Program-made: the position numbers and the translations under genes
Notes under the pieces: model-generated
Told to the model about the DNA's origin: nothing
The model's database searches: none
The model's input: only the letters and a program-made list of their open reading frames with translations
In this document: piece after piece, positions 60,403-64,000 of the stretch
Layout: every line of letters begins with the position of its first letter
Position numbering within the stretch: the first letter of the stretch is position 1
From: Bacillota bacterium
GTDB lineage: Bacteria > Bacillota > Clostridia > Lachnospirales > Lachnospiraceae
NCBI GenBank assembly: GCA_023399055.1
Contig: JAEWQV010000034.1
Coordinates: forward strand, 46,124 to 110,123
Length of the DNA: 64,000 nucleotides
Direction: 5' to 3'

Positions 60403-60903
60403 ATGGAAGCACAAGATAAAGAGTATATAGAGTTGATTTGCAAGGAGCATTGGAAAGAATTATATCGTTTCATTTATTATAAAGTGCAAAACAGGGAAGA
60501 GGCTGAAGATTTTACACAAGAAACCTTTGCTAAAGCAATAGCCTATAGTCGTAAAAATAATATCAAAATAAAAAATTATAATAGTTATTTAAAAACAATA
60601 GCAATCAATCTTTTGCGTGATCAGTGGAGAAGCAATGCAAGAAAGGGGCAAAGTTTTGCATTAGACGAGGTAGACGATAATCAATTGGCAACAGAGGACT
60701 TTACGAGTAATCTGGCAGAGCGAGAGGAGCTAAAACTGGCATTATCACAATTAACAAATGAACAGCAAATAGTTATCAATTTAAGAATAATTAAAGGCTG
60801 TTCTTTGGCGGAGACTGCAAAGCAAATGAAGAAAAGAGAAGGTACAGTTCGTGTTCTTCAATACAGGGCTATCAAAGCTTTAAGTCGTATTTTGAATCTA
60901 TAG
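60403..60903 (+). CDS. ECF RNA polymerase sigma factor
   Basis: Region 2 (EAEDFTQETF..., IAINLLRDQWR) and region 4 HTH; ATG 60403 after AGGAGG. Confidence 0.92.
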   Translation: MEAQDKEYIELICKEHWKELYRFIYYKVQNREEAEDFTQETFAKAIAYSRKNNIKIKNYNSYLKTIAINLLRDQWRSNARKGQSFALDEVDDNQLATEDFTSNLAEREELKLALSQLTNEQQIVINLRIIKGCSLAETAKQMKKREGTVRVLQYRAIKALSRILNL

Positions 60904-60918
60904 AAAGGTGGACATGTT

Positions 60919-62610
60919 ATGAAGAAGGAAAGACAATTATCAAAATATATTGATGAGCTAAACAAGGGGAAGATACCGGCATTAAAGGATAACGTAGAGC
61001 AGGACTATGATATGTTAATTGAGACAGTAAAGAAAGTACATTTATTACGCGAGATAGAATATCCTAATGAGCTGTTTGAGAAACAACTAATTTATTCTCT
61101 ATCAGAAAATGATTCTATTGAAAGTAGTTTTGTGGAAAATGATAGAAACATGAATAGGATGAATACAGTAATAATGGAAGACTTTATTGTGGTAAAAAAA
61201 AGTGTTGCACACCGCCTATTGCGAGGTTTATCCTATACAGCCGTAATAGCGGCAGCAGGATTACTACTTGCAATGGGTTTCAACAGGCTATTACCAACAG
61301 AACCCACGAACATAGTTTATGCAATGGAGAAAGCAGTTAAGGAAGTCGAAGCTTATCATGGTATATTGGAAGTAACGCAGATAAATGAATTAGGTGAAGC
61401 TATATCTCAATCAACTAGGGAGGTATGGGCGAACCTTAAGGGTAAATACTACCTTGAGGAAATCGATGGATTTTCAAAGGGACTCATTACAGTAAATAAC
61501 GGAGAAAGTAAATGGCAGATCAGTCCTAAGGATAAGCAGGTTTTTCTATTTGCAGCTTTTCCGGACCCTTATCGCTTTACCTTTGAACTTGAATCAGAGC
61601 TGGAAGAGATGAAAGCTGCAACTTTAGTTAAAGAAGTTGGAATGGAATTAATTAATGGAAGAAAGGCTTTAAAACTTGAGATAACTCCTAAGGGCGGAGA
61701 TTCTTATTATTTATGGTTGGATGTAGAAACAGAGTTACCGCTGCAAAAATTAACCGCAATGCAAAATTCCATTCAGTATAAGATGACATACAATTTTATC
61801 GAATATATTGATTCGTTTCCGGAAGAACTTCAGACCTATGTTTTACCACAGGGATATGAAGAGGTTGATCTTAATCCGGAGCAATTTGTATTAACAATGG
61901 AAGAGGCTGCAGAGTTGGTTGGTTTTTCTCCAGTATCTTATGAAGTAACACCACTGGATTATAAATTAGAAAAAATCTCTGTGGATAAGAACCTATCCGC
62001 GGTTACGTTATACTATAATCATAAAAGGGTTGAGAAAAAGATTGCTATAAGGCAATCAAAAATCTCAAAGGATTTTACGACCAATGCAGGAGCTGTTCTT
62101 GGCAGTATAGGTGACCGTAATCTGGAAATCGTATTTACCGGTCAGGTGACATCCTTGCGTTGGCAGGAGGGAGATATGGAGTATAACATATATGGAGAAA
62201 TGCAGATGGAGGACCTTATAGCATTTGCACAAGAAATAACGGATGAAAAGGTAAGTGTACCAGATGTATCAAACGATAGTGAGGTTAAACCCCAGATTGA
62301 GGTAGAGACTGATCTGGAGGCGGAGACAAACGAACAGAAGAGTGTGGATGCAGGTCATTCACCCTGGAAACTTGATCCGGTATTTGTTACCCAGGTATTT
62401 GCAAGTCTTTTGATTTCTCCAGAAGGGATTGTAGGGGATTACCCAATTGCTTATGATGACGTAGTAATTATTGAAAATAATGGTGTTGATGCTACAGCTG
62501 AAATTATGGATAATAACTCTATAGCTAAGTATGTATATTTAAAGAGACTAATTCGTCAAGATGAGACCGGTATTTGGACCGTGGTTGGATATGATGTAGT
62601 AGAAAAATAG
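60919..62610 (+). CDS. Putative anti-sigma factor with extracytoplasmic LolA-like and DUF4367-like domains
   Basis: Directly follows the ECF sigma; single TM; ITVNNGESKW, LWLDVETELP (LolA-like); LRWQEGDMEYNIYG; GHSPWKLDP. Confidence 0.7.
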   Translation: MKKERQLSKYIDELNKGKIPALKDNVEQDYDMLIETVKKVHLLREIEYPNELFEKQLIYSLSENDSIESSFVENDRNMNRMNTVIMEDFIVVKKSVAHRLLRGLSYTAVIAAAGLLLAMGFNRLLPTEPTNIVYAMEKAVKEVEAYHGILEVTQINELGEAISQSTREVWANLKGKYYLEEIDGFSKGLITVNNGESKWQISPKDKQVFLFAAFPDPYRFTFELESELEEMKAATLVKEVGMELINGRKALKLEITPKGGDSYYLWLDVETELPLQKLTAMQNSIQYKMTYNFIEYIDSFPEELQTYVLPQGYEEVDLNPEQFVLTMEEAAELVGFSPVSYEVTPLDYKLEKISVDKNLSAVTLYYNHKRVEKKIAIRQSKISKDFTTNAGAVLGSIGDRNLEIVFTGQVTSLRWQEGDMEYNIYGEMQMEDLIAFAQEITDEKVSVPDVSNDSEVKPQIEVETDLEAETNEQKSVDAGHSPWKLDPVFVTQVFASLLISPEGIVGDYPIAYDDVVIIENNGVDATAEIMDNNSIAKYVYLKRLIRQDETGIWTVVGYDVVEK

Positions 62611-62687
62611 TGTAAATTTTATTGTATGCATAAATGGGAAAAACAAATTATTTATAGTTTATAATTCGATTATGTCACTCAAAGTGA

Positions 62688-62715
62688 TTGAAATTTTTGA
62701 TATAACGACTATAAT
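62688..62715 (+). promoter_or_regulatory. sigmaA promoter
   Basis: TTGAAA-N16-TATAAT. Confidence 0.65.
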
Positions 62716-62758
62716 AAAAATACGGTTATAAAAAAACGAAGAACTGGGGTAGTTTAGT

Positions 62759-62800
62759 ATGAAAAGGTGCCTTGCATTATCTCCATGCAAAGTCAAGTAG
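62759..62800 (+). CDS. Putative 13-aa leader peptide MKRCLALSPCKVK
   Basis: GGGG SD-like sequence upstream; overlaps competing helices in the MFS leader. Confidence 0.55.
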   Translation: MKRCLALSPCKVK

Positions 62801-62883
62801 ATAGTACTTGCATGGAGTAGTTTACTATCTGATTTTGACTTTGCATTTTCAATTATTTCACATTGAAAAGGAGTAAAGTTAAA

Positions 62884-64000
62884 ATGATTAAGAACAAACT
62901 AAATAAAGAGCTATATAATTTCTATATATTTATTCTGGGACAGTTTGTGTCACAGTTTGGAAGTAAACTAACCAGTTTTGGTTTAGGACTTTGGACATTT
63001 AAAGAAACAGGATCAGTGTTATCCACGGCGTTAATTTCGCTATCCTACGTGGTACCAGAAGTGCTATTAAGTTTTATTTCAGGAAGTATCAGTGATAGTT
63101 GGAATAAGAAAAAAATTATGCTAATTGCAGATTCTATTGCTGCAGGTTTTTCATTTGGAGTTATCCTTATGATTTTCACAGGAACACTCCGATTGGAATA
63201 CATCTATCTAATAAACGTTGTGCTGGGTGTCACAGATTCCTTTCAGAACCCGGCAGCAGAAGTTACGATTTCACTAATTGTACCTAAAGATCAATATGTA
63301 AGGACAAGCGGAATAAGATCCTTTTGTACTGCATTTACCGGGATTGCTCCTCCTGTTGTTGCAACATCACTATATGCCTTTTGCGGTCTTAAGATAATAG
63401 TTATTATAGATCTTGTTACATTTATATTTGCTTTTATTAGTTTAGCGGTATATGTTAAGATTCCACATAATAGGGTCCAAACAGACAGCTCAATCAATCT
63501 TATGGAACAATGTAAGTTTGGCATTCGATACCTTTTTGATAATAAGGGTATTTTTAAATTAATCATGTTTATGGCGTTTGTTAATCTTATTTCTTCTATA
63601 TATAATACAATTCTTCAACCGATGGTATTATTAAGGAATGGGGATAATGATATTCAGCTGGGCATTGTTACAAGTATGGTTAGTGTAGCAGGGCTTATTG
63701 GTAGCTTGCTTGTGAGCAGAGTACAGAAAACAACAAAGCGAGTACCCCTCATATTAAATATTATGTCTTTTTCTTTTCTAATATGTAATGGATTGCTAGG
63801 AATCGGACGTAATTACTATGTATGGACTTTTGCAGTGTTTGCGGGAAATTTATTTATACCAATTTTATTGGCAAATGTGGAATACATTATGCGGACGAAG
63901 ATACCGATTGAACATCAGGGAAAGGTGTTTTCTGCAAGGAACACGCTTCAGTATGCAAGTATACCCGCAGGAAAATTATTAGCTGGGGTTTTGTCGGATA
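62884..64000 (+). CDS. MFS efflux transporter, MefA/DHA3-like (3' end outside window)
   Basis: Manual translation MIKNKLNKELYNFYIFILGQFVSQFGSKLTSFGLGLWTFKETGS...GSISDSWNKKKIMLIAD...FQNPA; SD AAGGAG. Confidence 0.88.
   Translation, partial: MIKNKLNKELYNFYIFILGQFVSQFGSKLTSFGLGLWTFKETGSVLSTALISLSYVVPEVLLSFISGSISDSWNKKKIMLIADSIAAGFSFGVILMIFTGTLRLEYIYLINVVLGVTDSFQNPAAEVTISLIVPKDQYVRTSGIRSFCTAFTGIAPPVVATSLYAFCGLKIIVIIDLVTFIFAFISLAVYVKIPHNRVQTDSSINLMEQCKFGIRYLFDNKGIFKLIMFMAFVNLISSIYNTILQPMVLLRNGDNDIQLGIVTSMVSVAGLIGSLLVSRVQKTTKRVPLILNIMSFSFLICNGLLGIGRNYYVWTFAVFAGNLFIPILLANVEYIMRTKIPIEHQGKVFSARNTLQYASIPAGKLLAGVLSD

Overview
AT-rich chromosomal window from a spore-forming clostridial Firmicute (Lachnospiraceae-like, inferred from protein sequences). 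The core is the rpmG-secE-nusG-rplKA-rplJL...rpoBC cluster with its L1 and L10 RNA leaders. Around it are: xpt plus a BMP-type nucleoside ABC transporter; a lactate utilisation operon (GntR, permease, EtfB/EtfA, FAD-linked lactate dehydrogenase); spoIIID; mntR-like/feoAB; a phosphoglucomutase; pspA-ydjGHI; an ECF sigma/anti-sigma pair; a truncated MFS efflux gene; and two pseudogene remnants. I saw no rRNA, tRNA or CRISPR array. The most interesting observations are three. (1) An island between rplL and rpoB holds a candidate secreted His-motif toxin and an immunity-like gene. (2) An atypical IS30 element has cut that pair off from its perfect sigma-A promoter; it has a 13-bp target duplication, six end repeats, a Cys-rich insert and a structured 3' end. 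(3) A leader-peptide translational attenuator with three competing helices sits in front of the MFS efflux gene. All product calls come from motif recognition by eye; no database searches were run.
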